Shown: in pieces, positions 1 through 9,825 of the stretch | Numbering within the stretch: position 1 is the first letter of the stretch | Layout: each line of letters opens with the position of its first letter | Source of the DNA: Bacteroidales bacterium | GTDB lineage: Bacteria; Bacteroidota; Bacteroidia; Bacteroidales; VadinHA17 | DNA length: 64,000 bases | NCBI GenBank assembly: GCA_035390825.1 | Contig: DAOOUQ010000003.1 | Span: forward strand, 105,268 to 169,267 | Reading direction: 5' to 3' | Notes under the pieces: model-generated | Databases searched by the model: none | What the model was told of the DNA's origin: nothing | What the model saw: the letters and a program-made list of their open reading frames with translations, nothing else | Program-made: the position numbers and the translations under genes

Positions 1-1013
1 ACGTTAACAAGGAGGTCGCCTCTGCCGTATCCGTTAAGCTCGGGAAGGCCTTTTCCCCTTAGACGGAGAATTTTTCCGGGTTGTGTCCCGGGTTCTATTC
101 TGATCTTTACATAGTTTTCTACAGTGGGGACTTCAGCCTGGGTTCCGAGAACAGCATCCGGGATGCTTAGAAAAAGGTTATAAATAAGATCATTTCCTTC
201 CCTTATAAGGTCAGGATGTTCCTCCTCGTCAATTACAACGAGAAGATCTCCGTTAACGCCTCCGCGTCTTGCGGCATTACCTTTCCCCTCGACGTTCATT
301 TGCATCCCTTTGCTTACTCCGGCCGGAATATTTATTTTGATAATTTCTTCTTTTTGGACTATCCCCTCGCCATAGCATGCCGGACATTTCTTGGTGATTG
401 TTTTTCCCTCGCCGTTGCATGACGGGCAAACGGAAGTAGTCTGCATCTGGCCGAGGATTGTATTGGTGACCCTTGTTACATGGCCGGAACCGCGGCAAGT
501 TGTACAGGTGCTGACACTGTTCTGGTCGGCGGCTCCTGTTCCGCCGCAGGTTGTACACTGAACATATTTGTTGACTTTTATTTTCTTTTCGGTTCCCTGG
601 GCGATATCCTGGAGGGTGAGTTTCACCTTTACACGAAGGTTGCTGCCTTTATTCACCCTTCTTCCGCTGCTCCGTCTGGAGCCTCCGAAGCCGGCAAAGC
701 TTCCGAATGCATCACCGAAGATATCACCAAAAGATGAAAAAATATCTTCCATTGACATGCCGCCGCCGTTGAATCCTCCTCCGGCACCACTAACGCCTTC
801 ATGTCCGTAACGGTCGTATCTGGCACGTTTTTCATCATTGCTCAGCACCTCATAAGCAGCGGCAGCTTCCTTGAAATTCTCCTCAGCCTTTTTGTCGCCA
901 GGGTTCTTATCGGGATGATATTTCAATGCCTGCTTCCTGTAGGCCTTTTTGATCTCCTCTTTAGTAGCCCCCCTCGAAACTCCAAGCACCTCATAATAAT
1001 CTCTTTTTTCCAT
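1..1013 (-). CDS. dnaJ: Molecular chaperone DnaJ (N-terminal ~337 codons; the C-terminus lies beyond the window start)
   Basis: Absent from the ORF track because it runs off the edge. Reverse translation from the ATG at 1013 gives [38 protein letters not shown] (J domain with HPD). This is followed by a G/F-rich linker and four CxxCxGxG zinc-finger repeats ([32 protein letters not shown]). Confidence 0.95.
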   Translation of the reverse strand, partial: MEKRDYYEVLGVSRGATKEEIKKAYRKQALKYHPDKNPGDKKAEENFKEAAAAYEVLSNDEKRARYDRYGHEGVSGAGGGFNGGGMSMEDIFSSFGDIFGDAFGSFAGFGGSRRSSGRRVNKGSNLRVKVKLTLQDIAQGTEKKIKVNKYVQCTTCGGTGAADQNSVSTCTTCRGSGHVTRVTNTILGQMQTTSVCPSCNGEGKTITKKCPACYGEGIVQKEEIIKINIPAGVSKGMQMNVEGKGNAARRGGVNGDLLVVIDEEEHPDLIREGNDLIYNLFLSIPDAVLGTQAEVPTVENYVKIRIEPGTQPGKILRLRGKGLPELNGYGRGDLLVN

Positions 1014-1060
1014 CCCTGTCCAGTTTTCTTATCTTGTCTGTTTATAGTTCAAAAAACAGG

Positions 1061-1705
1061 CTATTCCCCGATAACCACTTTTGAATGCCTTATAACTTTG
1101 TCTTTCAGATAATAACCCTTTAAAATCACTTCAACTATTTTCCCTTTAAGACTTTCGTCATCAACTTTAAGTTTTGTGACGGCATCATGCAGATCCACGT
1201 TAAAGTCGCATTTCAGCGATTCTATTTCCTTTATTCCCTGTTGTTTAAGAAACTCAGAAAACTTTGTATAAATGAGGTCGATTCCTTCCTTCATGCCTGT
1301 GCAGTTTTCCGTTGTCTCCATGTGTTTCATGGCCCTTTCGAAATCATCCATTACCGGCAGTATCTGAAGGAGAAGATCTTCAGTTGCAAATTTTGTTATT
1401 TCAATCTTCTCTTTCAGGGTTCTTTTGCGGTAATTGTCAAATTCAGCCGAGAGGCGGAGATATTTATCCTGCATCTCTGCCAGTTTTTCCAGAAGTTCCT
1501 TTTCCCTTTGTATTATTTTGTCAGACACTTTTGCACCGGTATCATCTGATTCCGGCGGTGTATCCTGCTTTTTTTCAGCCTCAGGTGATTTTGCATCGAA
1601 GCCGTTTATTGCTTGTTCTTTTGCCGTATTGTCTTTATTTTCACTTGTTTCTGCAGTCTGTTGATCTTTTTTTTCCTCAGTTTCCTGGATCTTCTTTTTT
1701 ACCAT
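1061..1705 (-). CDS. grpE: Nucleotide exchange factor GrpE
   Basis: Acidic/Lys-rich N-terminus followed by the GrpE core (LRLSAEFDNYRKRTLKEK ... KVIRHSKVVIGE). It lies directly upstream of dnaJ on the same strand. The track start at 1708 is GTG; the first ATG is at 1705. Confidence 0.9.
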   Translation of the reverse strand: MVKKKIQETEEKKDQQTAETSENKDNTAKEQAINGFDAKSPEAEKKQDTPPESDDTGAKVSDKIIQREKELLEKLAEMQDKYLRLSAEFDNYRKRTLKEKIEITKFATEDLLLQILPVMDDFERAMKHMETTENCTGMKEGIDLIYTKFSEFLKQQGIKEIESLKCDFNVDLHDAVTKLKVDDESLKGKIVEVILKGYYLKDKVIRHSKVVIGE

Positions 1706-1823
1706 CACAACACAATTTTCATATTAGTATTTCAGATTTTGCAAAAAACCTGCCAACCCTGATTATTTGACAAATTGACAGTAGAGTTAATAATTGTTAA
1801 ATCACCGCGACAGAAAATTGTCG

Positions 1824-3128
1824 TCATACCCTTATTATTTCGGCTCCCAGGGCATTGAGCCGCTGGTCGATGTTCTGATAGCCCCTGTCAATCTGTTCGA
1901 TATTATGGATTGTGCTTTTGCCGTCGGCCGAAAGAGCAGCTATAAGGAGTGCCACTCCTGCACGGATATCCGGTGATGACATTGTGGTGCCTCTGAGCTT
2001 TATCATTTTGTCGAGGCCTATCACTGTTGCCCTGTGGGGGTCGCAAAGTATTATCTGAGCCCCCATGTCGATAAGTTTATCGACAAAGAACAGGCGGCTT
2101 TCGAACATTTTCTGATGGATAAGAACGGCTCCCTTGGCCTGTGTGGCAGTCACAAGGAATACGCTGAGAAGGTCGGGGGTGAGGCCGGGCCAAATGGCAT
2201 CGGCGATAGTCATTATCGACCCGTCGATAAATGTCTCTATTTCATAATGGTCCTGGGCCGGAATGAAAATATTGTCAGCTCTTCTTTCGAATTTTATCCC
2301 AAGTCTCCTGAAGGAATCCGGAATTATTCCAAGGTTTTCATATGAGACATTTTTTATTGTGATCTCTGATCCCGTCATGGCGGCAAGGCCGATAAACGAT
2401 CCTATTTCAATCATGTCAGGGAGGATGGCATGGCTGCAGCCTCCAAGTTTTTCAACGCCGTCGATATGCAGGAGGTTGGAACCTATTCCTTCAATTCTTG
2501 CGCCCATTGACACCAGCATTCTGCAAAGCTGCTGGATGTATGGTTCACATGCAGCGTTATAGATTGTGGTTCGGCCCTTTGCAAGGACGGCTGCCATGAT
2601 TATGTTGGCTGTCCCTGTAACCGAAGCTTCGTCGAGATGGATATATGCGCCTTCCAGCGAAGGCGCCTCAACTTTGTAAAAGGGATCAGAAGTGTCAAAT
2701 TCAAATTTAGCCCCCAGCTTCCGGAAACCTGTGAAATGTGTGTCGACCCGTCGGCGGCCTATTTTGTCTCCGCCTGGTTTTGGGATGACAGCCTTGCCAA
2801 ACCTTGCAAGGAGAGGGCCCACAATCATTATTGATCCCCTGAGGCTTGAGCTCTGAATACGGAATTCCCGGGTCAGAAGATAATTGAGATCGATATTTAT
2901 GGCTTCGAAGCTTATTGCAGAATCAGCTTCCCGCGATATTTTAACTCCGAGACAGCCAATAAGTTCTATGAGCTTGTTTACATCGCTTATATCGGGGATG
3001 TTTCTTATCGTAACTTTCTCAGGGGTCAGGAGAGTGGCGCAGATAATCTGAAGAGCTTCATTCTTTGCTCCCTGGGGGATTATTTCACCTTTAAGAGGTT
3101 TGCCGCCATTGACAATAAAACTGGCCAT
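1824..3128 (-). CDS. murA: UDP-N-acetylglucosamine 1-carboxyvinyltransferase (MurA), Asp variant at the fosfomycin-target position
   Basis: 434 aa with full-length MurA-like sequence (GAKNEALQIICATLL, LARFGKAVIPKPGGDKIGRRRVDTH, IDRGYQNIDQRLNALGA). Its start codon overlaps the stop of the upstream DUF4290 gene (TAATG). Confidence 0.93.
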   Translation of the reverse strand: MASFIVNGGKPLKGEIIPQGAKNEALQIICATLLTPEKVTIRNIPDISDVNKLIELIGCLGVKISREADSAISFEAINIDLNYLLTREFRIQSSSLRGSIMIVGPLLARFGKAVIPKPGGDKIGRRRVDTHFTGFRKLGAKFEFDTSDPFYKVEAPSLEGAYIHLDEASVTGTANIIMAAVLAKGRTTIYNAACEPYIQQLCRMLVSMGARIEGIGSNLLHIDGVEKLGGCSHAILPDMIEIGSFIGLAAMTGSEITIKNVSYENLGIIPDSFRRLGIKFERRADNIFIPAQDHYEIETFIDGSIMTIADAIWPGLTPDLLSVFLVTATQAKGAVLIHQKMFESRLFFVDKLIDMGAQIILCDPHRATVIGLDKMIKLRGTTMSSPDIRAGVALLIAALSADGKSTIHNIEQIDRGYQNIDQRLNALGAEIIRV

Positions 3129-3775
3129 TAATGACGTGTATGTCCCTTTTTCTTGTTGAATTGTTTGTTCATCTGTTTGCCATGGGGCTTACCCTGCTGG
3201 GGCTTTTTCTTAACAGGAGGAACAAGTTCCCTGACTTCCAGAATCTTAACGCCATCGGTCATTTTAAGTTTACCGCCTGAAAGTAATTTCATATCGCCAA
3301 TTATGACGTCATCGCTTACCTGGCTTCTGTTCCATGTTACATATGATTTCTTCATCTGATTAAGGATCAGGCTTGTAAGGTATTCTTTCTCCTCTCCGTC
3401 CTTCATTTCGGAGGCAGCATCAATCATCATTTCTATTATTCTGCCATAGTGAAGAAACCTAATATCACCCTGTTTGTAAGGGATTTGGTTAGGTCTTTCT
3501 ACAAGCTTGTCAGGTTCAGGCGGTGGGAAAGGGGAATCAATGTCAAGATTGAAATCCGCAATTATTGAAAGGTGATCCCACAGTTTATGTTTAAAGTCTC
3601 CAATATCCCTTATCTGGGGGTTGAGATTGCCCATTATCTGTATGATGGTCTTTGCAGCGCGGTTTCTTTCTTCCCTGTCTTCAATGGTCTTGATATGATC
3701 AACCATCTTCTGGACATTCCTTCCGTATTCCGGCAATGCCATTCTTTTTCTCTGGGTATTGTAGTCGTAACTCAT
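3128..3775 (-). CDS. DUF4290-family protein (conserved Bacteroidota partner of murA)
   Basis: 215 aa with N-terminus MSYDYNTQRKRMALPEYGRNVQKMVDH and a basic C-terminal tail. The gene order with murA is typical of Bacteroidota. The family is recalled from memory, not searched. Confidence 0.7.
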   Translation of the reverse strand: MSYDYNTQRKRMALPEYGRNVQKMVDHIKTIEDREERNRAAKTIIQIMGNLNPQIRDIGDFKHKLWDHLSIIADFNLDIDSPFPPPEPDKLVERPNQIPYKQGDIRFLHYGRIIEMMIDAASEMKDGEEKEYLTSLILNQMKKSYVTWNRSQVSDDVIIGDMKLLSGGKLKMTDGVKILEVRELVPPVKKKPQQGKPHGKQMNKQFNKKKGHTRH

Positions 3776-3853
3776 CAGTTGACAATTATTTCTGCAAAGC
3801 TAATAATTAAAAGCCAATAAATTGTTTAATAAAAAGATGATGAGGGTAAAATT

Positions 3854-4564
3854 TCAGAGGCCGAGAAACTGAATTGCAATTCCTGATAAAAGGATCATGC
3901 CTCCTGCAATAAGGTTGCTGTATTTTTCGACAGGTTTCAGGTTGATCCTGCTTAGCCCCAGTTTGAATGCAAACACGATGGCCATCATTGTTGCAATTGT
4001 TACAATGGAGAAGAGCACCGAAACCAATACTGATCCGGCAATGTTATTTTCTGCAGCGGGGTACATAAGGATGGGGATCAGGGGTTCGCACGGGCCGAAA
4101 ACAAAAATGAGAAACAGGATCCATGGTGTCGTTTTTACGGGATCAGTCTCATGGACATGCGTATGTTCTTCAAAATGAGAGTGTTCGTGTACATGCTTCT
4201 GCCCGCCCAGATGATAATGCGGATGACTGTGGGTTCTTTTCCTGTAAAGGTTTCTCAGGCTGATAATCATATAGACAAGACCGAAAGCAATGAACAGCCA
4301 TCCTGCAATGTTTCCCCTGAACGATTCAACGTTGACCAGTTTATTGACTGAAATACCGACAAGGATACCAACTATTCCGAGGATTACAGAACTGGCCACA
4401 TGACCGAGGCCGCAAAAGAAAGTGATGAGCATTGTCTTTTTCACTGTCCATTTTCTTGCTTCACTCAGCACAATGAAAGGAAGATAATGATCGGGCCCCA
4501 GCAAAGTATGTAAAAAACCCAGAGAGACGGCAGTGACTGACAACAATATCATTGAATTATCCAT
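3854..4564 (-). CDS. Polytopic membrane protein with a His-rich loop, putative Ni/Co (NicO/RcnA-like) metal transporter
   Basis: 236 aa with about six hydrophobic segments and an N-terminal LHTLLGPDHYLP motif. The central loop is RKRTHSHPHYHLGGQKHVHEHSHFEEHTHVHE. Confidence 0.55.
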   Translation of the reverse strand: MDNSMILLSVTAVSLGFLHTLLGPDHYLPFIVLSEARKWTVKKTMLITFFCGLGHVASSVILGIVGILVGISVNKLVNVESFRGNIAGWLFIAFGLVYMIISLRNLYRKRTHSHPHYHLGGQKHVHEHSHFEEHTHVHETDPVKTTPWILFLIFVFGPCEPLIPILMYPAAENNIAGSVLVSVLFSIVTIATMMAIVFAFKLGLSRINLKPVEKYSNLIAGGMILLSGIAIQFLGL

Positions 4565-4644
4565 GGACGCTCAGTTGTATCCGGTTTTAGATTCTGTTCC
4601 TTCTGCAAGTATAAGATATATTTTCAATTGAGCAAATTACCTTC

Positions 4645-5757
4645 TTAAAAAATAAATTCATTCACCCTGATATTCTGATTGTAAAGCAGATCCCTCGAGT
4701 TTTCTATGAAAAGTTTCATCTTCTCATAATCTGAAGGTCTGGTAAAAAATTCGGGCCTTGTTTCGAACTCCTGGCAGGGGAGTATGTAGAATTTCTTTCT
4801 GTAATTCTCGACCGGGGTATAAACCCATGTAAGATAAAACCCCGCACCGGTAATATTTACATTGTTGCCGCTTTTTGTCAGTTCAACCCTTACCATAGTA
4901 CCGCCGTCGGTATGCAGCCGTCTCTGGTTCGAAACGAAATTTCCAAGTGAGTAGATAACAATCCCGTCTTTCATAGTATGGTCATTCCTTTTCCATTCCA
5001 TTCTTTGTATCACATGCGGGTGGGAGCCGATTATCAGGTCGACGCCCAGGCTGAAGAGATAATCTGCAAGATCAGTTTGTGTTTTTCCCGGCACAGTATC
5101 ATATTCTGTGCCCCAGTGAAGAAAAAGTATTATGGCATCAGGTCTTTTTTGTTTTGCTCTTTCAATATCGGAAGTTATTGTGTTCTTTTCCAGCATGTTC
5201 ACGATAGCAGGAGGCTGAACTGCAATGCCATTGGTGCCGTATGTGTAATTCAGCAGGGCAAGCCTGAATCCGTTCCTTTCGATAACAGGAGGATAAAGTG
5301 TATCCCTTGCAGCCTGATCCTTAAAGGTTCCTGTATGAGGGATGCCAAGGCTGTCGAGCCGGTCAATCGTTGACAGTATTCCTTTTTTCCCCCGGTCGGC
5401 CGAATGATTGTTAGCTGTCACCAGGAAATCGATTCCGGCATTTTTGCAGGCAGCGGCCAGTGCAGGGGGAGAGCTGAATGCTGGATATCCTTTGTACGGG
5501 GAACCGCCCAGGGTAACCTCAAAGTTGGCGAAGGAAAGATCGGCTTCTGATATTTCATTTTTAACATATTGAAAGACGTCATCATAGTTGTAGGTATGAG
5601 TAACTCTGTCTTCTGCCGACCAGATCTGTTCATCATGTCCCATTATGTCGCCTATGAAAAGGAGCGATAACTTCGATCCGGTTAATTCGCTGTCCTGGGT
5701 ATTTGCAACCCGGGAAAGAGCTGCAAAAAGGAGCAAAATGTATATCTTTCTGAACAT
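4645..5757 (-). CDS. CapA-family (PGA_cap) metallophosphoesterase-like protein, exported
   Basis: 370 aa with a signal peptide. Motifs LLFIGDIMGHD, ANNHSADRG and GSHPHV are typical of CapA/YwtB-type proteins. Confidence 0.8.
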   Translation of the reverse strand: MFRKIYILLLFAALSRVANTQDSELTGSKLSLLFIGDIMGHDEQIWSAEDRVTHTYNYDDVFQYVKNEISEADLSFANFEVTLGGSPYKGYPAFSSPPALAAACKNAGIDFLVTANNHSADRGKKGILSTIDRLDSLGIPHTGTFKDQAARDTLYPPVIERNGFRLALLNYTYGTNGIAVQPPAIVNMLEKNTITSDIERAKQKRPDAIILFLHWGTEYDTVPGKTQTDLADYLFSLGVDLIIGSHPHVIQRMEWKRNDHTMKDGIVIYSLGNFVSNQRRLHTDGGTMVRVELTKSGNNVNITGAGFYLTWVYTPVENYRKKFYILPCQEFETRPEFFTRPSDYEKMKLFIENSRDLLYNQNIRVNEFIF

Positions 5758-5845
5758 AAAATATTTCCATTTGAAGAATTAGCAAAATTAATAATTATTA
5801 AATTTGCCGGCCTGGACCTATACCGACTTATTGTAAAGTCATTTT

Positions 5846-7810
5846 ATGGGAAGATCGCGGAATTACCGGGATATTAAAAATCTGTCACTTGCAGGCGTAA
5901 TCGTTACAATGGGAATTGTATTCGGGGATCTCGGAACAAGCCCCTTATATACAATGCGCGCCATACTGATAGGAGGAGGAGAATTCAATGAACTCCTGAT
6001 TTACGGAGGTCTGTCGTGCATTTTCTGGACCCTTACCTTATCGACAACCATAAAGTACATTACCATAGTTCTCAGGGCCGACAATAATGGGGAAGGAGGG
6101 ATTTTTGCCCTTTTCGCCCTTATGAAGAAAAAATCAACATGGGCGGCAGTACTAACCATGATTGGTGGAGCTGCACTTCTTGCGGATGGGGTAATCACTC
6201 CTTCAATAACGGTCACATCGGCAATTGAAGGATTGAAAATGTTTAATCCGAATATCCCGGTTGTGCCCATTGTGTTGTTTATATTGGCTGCTCTTTTCTT
6301 TATCCAGCAGTTTGGAACCAACCTGATCGGAAGTTCATTCGGACCAATAATGCTGGTATGGTTTACAACCCTCGGAACACTTGGAATTTCGCAGATAATC
6401 ATTCATCCCTTTATTCTGGAAGCTGTAAATCCGGTTTATGCCTTTAAATTCCTGACCGGGTACCCCGGGGGATTTATACTTCTGGGTGCCGTTTTCCTCT
6501 GTACCACCGGTGCGGAAGCCCTGTATGCCGATCTCGGTCATTGCGGCAGGGCAAACATCAGGGTTTCATGGATTTATGTAAAATCATGTCTTTTGTTAAA
6601 TTATTTCGGGCAGGGTGCATGGCTGATCCTGAATTATTATAAGGGAACAGATGTGAACCCGTTTTTTGAGATTATGCCCGGATGGTTTTTGCTTCCCGGG
6701 ATAATTCTGGCCACTGCGGCAGCAATAATTGCAAGTCAGGCTATCATCAGCGGTTCCTTTACACTGATAAGTGAAGCTGTTTCGCTGAACTTCTGGCCAA
6801 GGGTGAGGGTTTTGCATCCCACATGGATAAGGGGGCAGGTTTATATCCCGTTCGTTAACTGGGTACTGTGGGTTGCATGCACAATAATAGTAGCTTCATT
6901 CCGGAAATCTGATAATATGGGTGCTGCCTATGGCCTGGCTATAACCCTGACGGAGATCATGACAACTTTGCTGCTGTCATATTACCTGTTCCAGAAGGGA
7001 GTGAACCACAGGATAATAATACTAATGTTCCTGACCTACATGACAATTGAGGGAAGCTTCCTTACTGCCAACCTGCATAAATTCGAAAACGGGGGATGGG
7101 TCTCGCTTTTACTTGCCTCGGTTTATTTCCTTGTGATGTTTGGCTGGTACTTCGGAAGGAAGATAAAGAACAGATATATTACATTTGCAAATCTTAACAA
7201 ATACACCGATCTTTTCAGGGAACTGTCGAAAGATGAGTCAGTTCCCAAGACAGCGACCAACCTTGTATATATTATCAGGGCAAACAGGAAAGACCAGGTA
7301 GAATCGAAAGTCATTTATTCAATTTTCCAGAAGCAGCCTAAACGTGCAGACAAATACTGGCTGATACATGTCGACAGGGTAAATGATCCGAATCAGTTCA
7401 ATTATAATGTCACACAGATAATTCCGGATATTCTCATAAGAGTCGATTTTCATATTGGTTTCAAGGTTGACCCCAAGATCAACCTGTATTTCAGGGAAGT
7501 AATCGAGGACCTTACCGGTTCGGGCGAGATAAAACTGGAGAGTGGTTATGATTCGCTGAAAAAGTACAATGTGCCGGCCGATTTCAAATTCATTCTTATT
7601 GAAAGGATAATGCCGCGTGATTTCAAGTTGAGCAACATCGAGAATTTCATTCTCACACTTCATAATCTGGCGGGCAAGCTGAACATAACCGATATAGTAT
7701 CTTTTCAGCTCGACGCGACAAATACTGTCATTGAACAGGTGCCGATTCTGATAGAGCAGCCTGCACATCAGAGGATAAAGCGTATGGAGCCAACAAATAA
7801 CAGAATGTGA
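5846..7810 (+). CDS. kup: KUP-family potassium uptake protein, copy 1
   Basis: 654 aa with the GDLGTSPLYT signature, about 12 TM segments and a cytoplasmic C-terminal domain. Confidence 0.93.
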   Translation: MGRSRNYRDIKNLSLAGVIVTMGIVFGDLGTSPLYTMRAILIGGGEFNELLIYGGLSCIFWTLTLSTTIKYITIVLRADNNGEGGIFALFALMKKKSTWAAVLTMIGGAALLADGVITPSITVTSAIEGLKMFNPNIPVVPIVLFILAALFFIQQFGTNLIGSSFGPIMLVWFTTLGTLGISQIIIHPFILEAVNPVYAFKFLTGYPGGFILLGAVFLCTTGAEALYADLGHCGRANIRVSWIYVKSCLLLNYFGQGAWLILNYYKGTDVNPFFEIMPGWFLLPGIILATAAAIIASQAIISGSFTLISEAVSLNFWPRVRVLHPTWIRGQVYIPFVNWVLWVACTIIVASFRKSDNMGAAYGLAITLTEIMTTLLLSYYLFQKGVNHRIIILMFLTYMTIEGSFLTANLHKFENGGWVSLLLASVYFLVMFGWYFGRKIKNRYITFANLNKYTDLFRELSKDESVPKTATNLVYIIRANRKDQVESKVIYSIFQKQPKRADKYWLIHVDRVNDPNQFNYNVTQIIPDILIRVDFHIGFKVDPKINLYFREVIEDLTGSGEIKLESGYDSLKKYNVPADFKFILIERIMPRDFKLSNIENFILTLHNLAGKLNITDIVSFQLDATNTVIEQVPILIEQPAHQRIKRMEPTNNRM

Positions 7811-9756
7811 TGAAAGGCGGGAAGCATCATTCTGATATAAACAGGCTGTCGCTTGGCGGACTGATAGTAACGCTTGGTATTGTTTACGGAGACTTGGGAA
7901 CAAGCCCGCTTTACACGATGAAAGCCATTGCACTTGGGGGCGCGGCGAATTTCAACGATCTTCTTGTTTACGGTTCCCTGTCATGCGTTTTCTGGACACT
8001 TACCCTGCAGACTACCATAAAATATGTTTTGATAACCCTCAGGGCCGACAACAGAGGGGAAGGGGGTATTTATGCACTTTTTGCCCTCATGAGGAAAAAG
8101 TCTTCCTGGGCTGCCGTGCTGACAATGATTGGAGGTTCTGCACTTCTTGCCGATGGCGTAATAACACCATCGATAACAGTCACATCATCGATTGAGGGTT
8201 TAAGGCTTTTAAATCCCGGGATCCCTGTAATTCCGATAGTCCTGCTCATTTTTGCCGGTTTGTTTTTCATTCAACAGTTCGGAACCAGGGTTGTGGGAGG
8301 TTCTTTCGGACCGATAATGGTTATATGGTTCCTGATGCTGGGAATAACAGGATTTGTTCAGATTGCCCGGCATCCTGAAATTCTTGCCGCAGCAAACCCT
8401 GTGTATGCCTTACGGTTCCTTACTGAATATCCGGGGGGGTTCATACTCCTGGGAGCAGTATTTCTTTGCACAACAGGAGCAGAAGCGCTTTATTCCGATC
8501 TGGGACATTGCGGAAGAAAGAATATAAGGATATCATGGATATTCGTAAAGACGACCTTGCTGTTGAATTATTTCGGACAGGGTGCATGGCTTGTGATGAA
8601 CAAGGTCAGTGGCGACCATTTCAATCCTTTTTTTTCGATCATCCCGGGATGGTTCCTCCTTCCCGGAATCTTTATTTCCACAGCTGCAGCCATAATCGCA
8701 AGCCAGGCTCTTATAACAGGGTCATTTACCCTTCTCAGTGAAGCAGTCTCCCTGAACTTCTGGCCTAAAATAAGAATTCTCTATCCCACCAATTTCAAGG
8801 GACAGGTTTATATCCCTTTTGTAAACTGGTTTCTCTGGATAACGTGCAGTCTTGTCGTCATTGCATTCAAAAGCTCCTCGAATATGGAAGCTGCCTATGG
8901 GCTGGCCATCACAATAACGATGATAATGACAACACTTCTTTTATCATATTATCTTTTCCAGAAAGCTCCCGGCCATATTTATCCTTTTATTATACTGGTG
9001 GTTTTTCTGACGATTGAAGGTGCATTTCTGGTAGCGAACCTTCACAAATTCATGTACGGGGGATGGTTTACACTGCTTCTGGCATCACTCTATTTTATTG
9101 TGATGATGAGCTGGTATTTTGCAAGGAAGATACGGAACCGTCATATTTCATTCTCGAAAATTGCTGATTATCTTCCACTCATAAAAGACCTTAGCGAAGA
9201 CAGATCGGTACCTCTGGCAGCCACAAACCTTGTTTACATAATAAAAGCCAACAACAGGGAGGAGGTCGAGTCGAAAGTGCTTTATTCAATATTCCAGAAA
9301 CAGCCCAAAAGGGCTAAGACATACTGGCTGGTCCATGTCGACAGGGTCGATGATCCTGTTCGTTTTGAGTATGAGGTTGAACAGATAATTCCCGGGATTC
9401 TCATCAGGCTTGATTTTCATATTGGCTTCAAGGTGGAACCTAAAATAAACCTGTATTTCAGGGAGGCTGTTGAGGATATGATAAAAGCCGGAGAACTCAT
9501 ACCTGAAAGCGGGTACGTATCTCTGAGAAACCATGGCTTTCCCGGAGAATTTCAGTTTATACTCATTGAAAGGATTATGATCCGTGATTATAAGCTTTCA
9601 AACTGGGACAGCTTCATAATAGCCTTGAATAAACTCACATCCAGATTAAGCCTGAGCGATATTAAGGCTCTTCAGCTCGATCCCACGATTACTGCTGTGG
9701 AAAAGGTTCCAATTATAATTGACCAGGCGCTTCCCGCAAGGATAAGCCGGATATGA
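7810..9756 (+). CDS. kup: KUP-family potassium uptake protein, copy 2
   Basis: Co-linear paralog of the upstream gene (GDLGTSPLYT, LRADNRGEGGIYALFAL). The track start at 7807 is GTG. The ATG at 7810 overlaps the upstream TGA by one base (TGATG). Confidence 0.93.
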   Translation: MKGGKHHSDINRLSLGGLIVTLGIVYGDLGTSPLYTMKAIALGGAANFNDLLVYGSLSCVFWTLTLQTTIKYVLITLRADNRGEGGIYALFALMRKKSSWAAVLTMIGGSALLADGVITPSITVTSSIEGLRLLNPGIPVIPIVLLIFAGLFFIQQFGTRVVGGSFGPIMVIWFLMLGITGFVQIARHPEILAAANPVYALRFLTEYPGGFILLGAVFLCTTGAEALYSDLGHCGRKNIRISWIFVKTTLLLNYFGQGAWLVMNKVSGDHFNPFFSIIPGWFLLPGIFISTAAAIIASQALITGSFTLLSEAVSLNFWPKIRILYPTNFKGQVYIPFVNWFLWITCSLVVIAFKSSSNMEAAYGLAITITMIMTTLLLSYYLFQKAPGHIYPFIILVVFLTIEGAFLVANLHKFMYGGWFTLLLASLYFIVMMSWYFARKIRNRHISFSKIADYLPLIKDLSEDRSVPLAATNLVYIIKANNREEVESKVLYSIFQKQPKRAKTYWLVHVDRVDDPVRFEYEVEQIIPGILIRLDFHIGFKVEPKINLYFREAVEDMIKAGELIPESGYVSLRNHGFPGEFQFILIERIMIRDYKLSNWDSFIIALNKLTSRLSLSDIKALQLDPTITAVEKVPIIIDQALPARISRI

Positions 9757-9825
9757 TCAATTCAATTGCCGGTGAATCCGGAAATTATTATATTCAGCCT
9801 CTCAAATACCTGAAAAAAGGGCTCC

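Noticed and set aside
216-1112. Several 60-103-aa ORFs on both strands (216-422, 277-558, 480-737, 568-810, 653-838, 801-1112).
   Set aside because: All lie inside or antisense to the clear dnaJ reading frame, which the track misses because it runs off the window. They have low-complexity, non-protein-like sequences.
5770-5806. A candidate Bacteroidota promoter upstream of kup1 (TTTG at 5770-5773, TAAATTTG at 5799-5806).
   Set aside because: The spacer is 25 nt, outside the 19-21 nt consensus, so it was not reported as a feature.
7319-7933. A 204-aa minus-strand ORF spanning the kup1/kup2 junction.
   Set aside because: It is antisense to two strongly supported kup genes and has no recognisable motif, so it is a shadow ORF.
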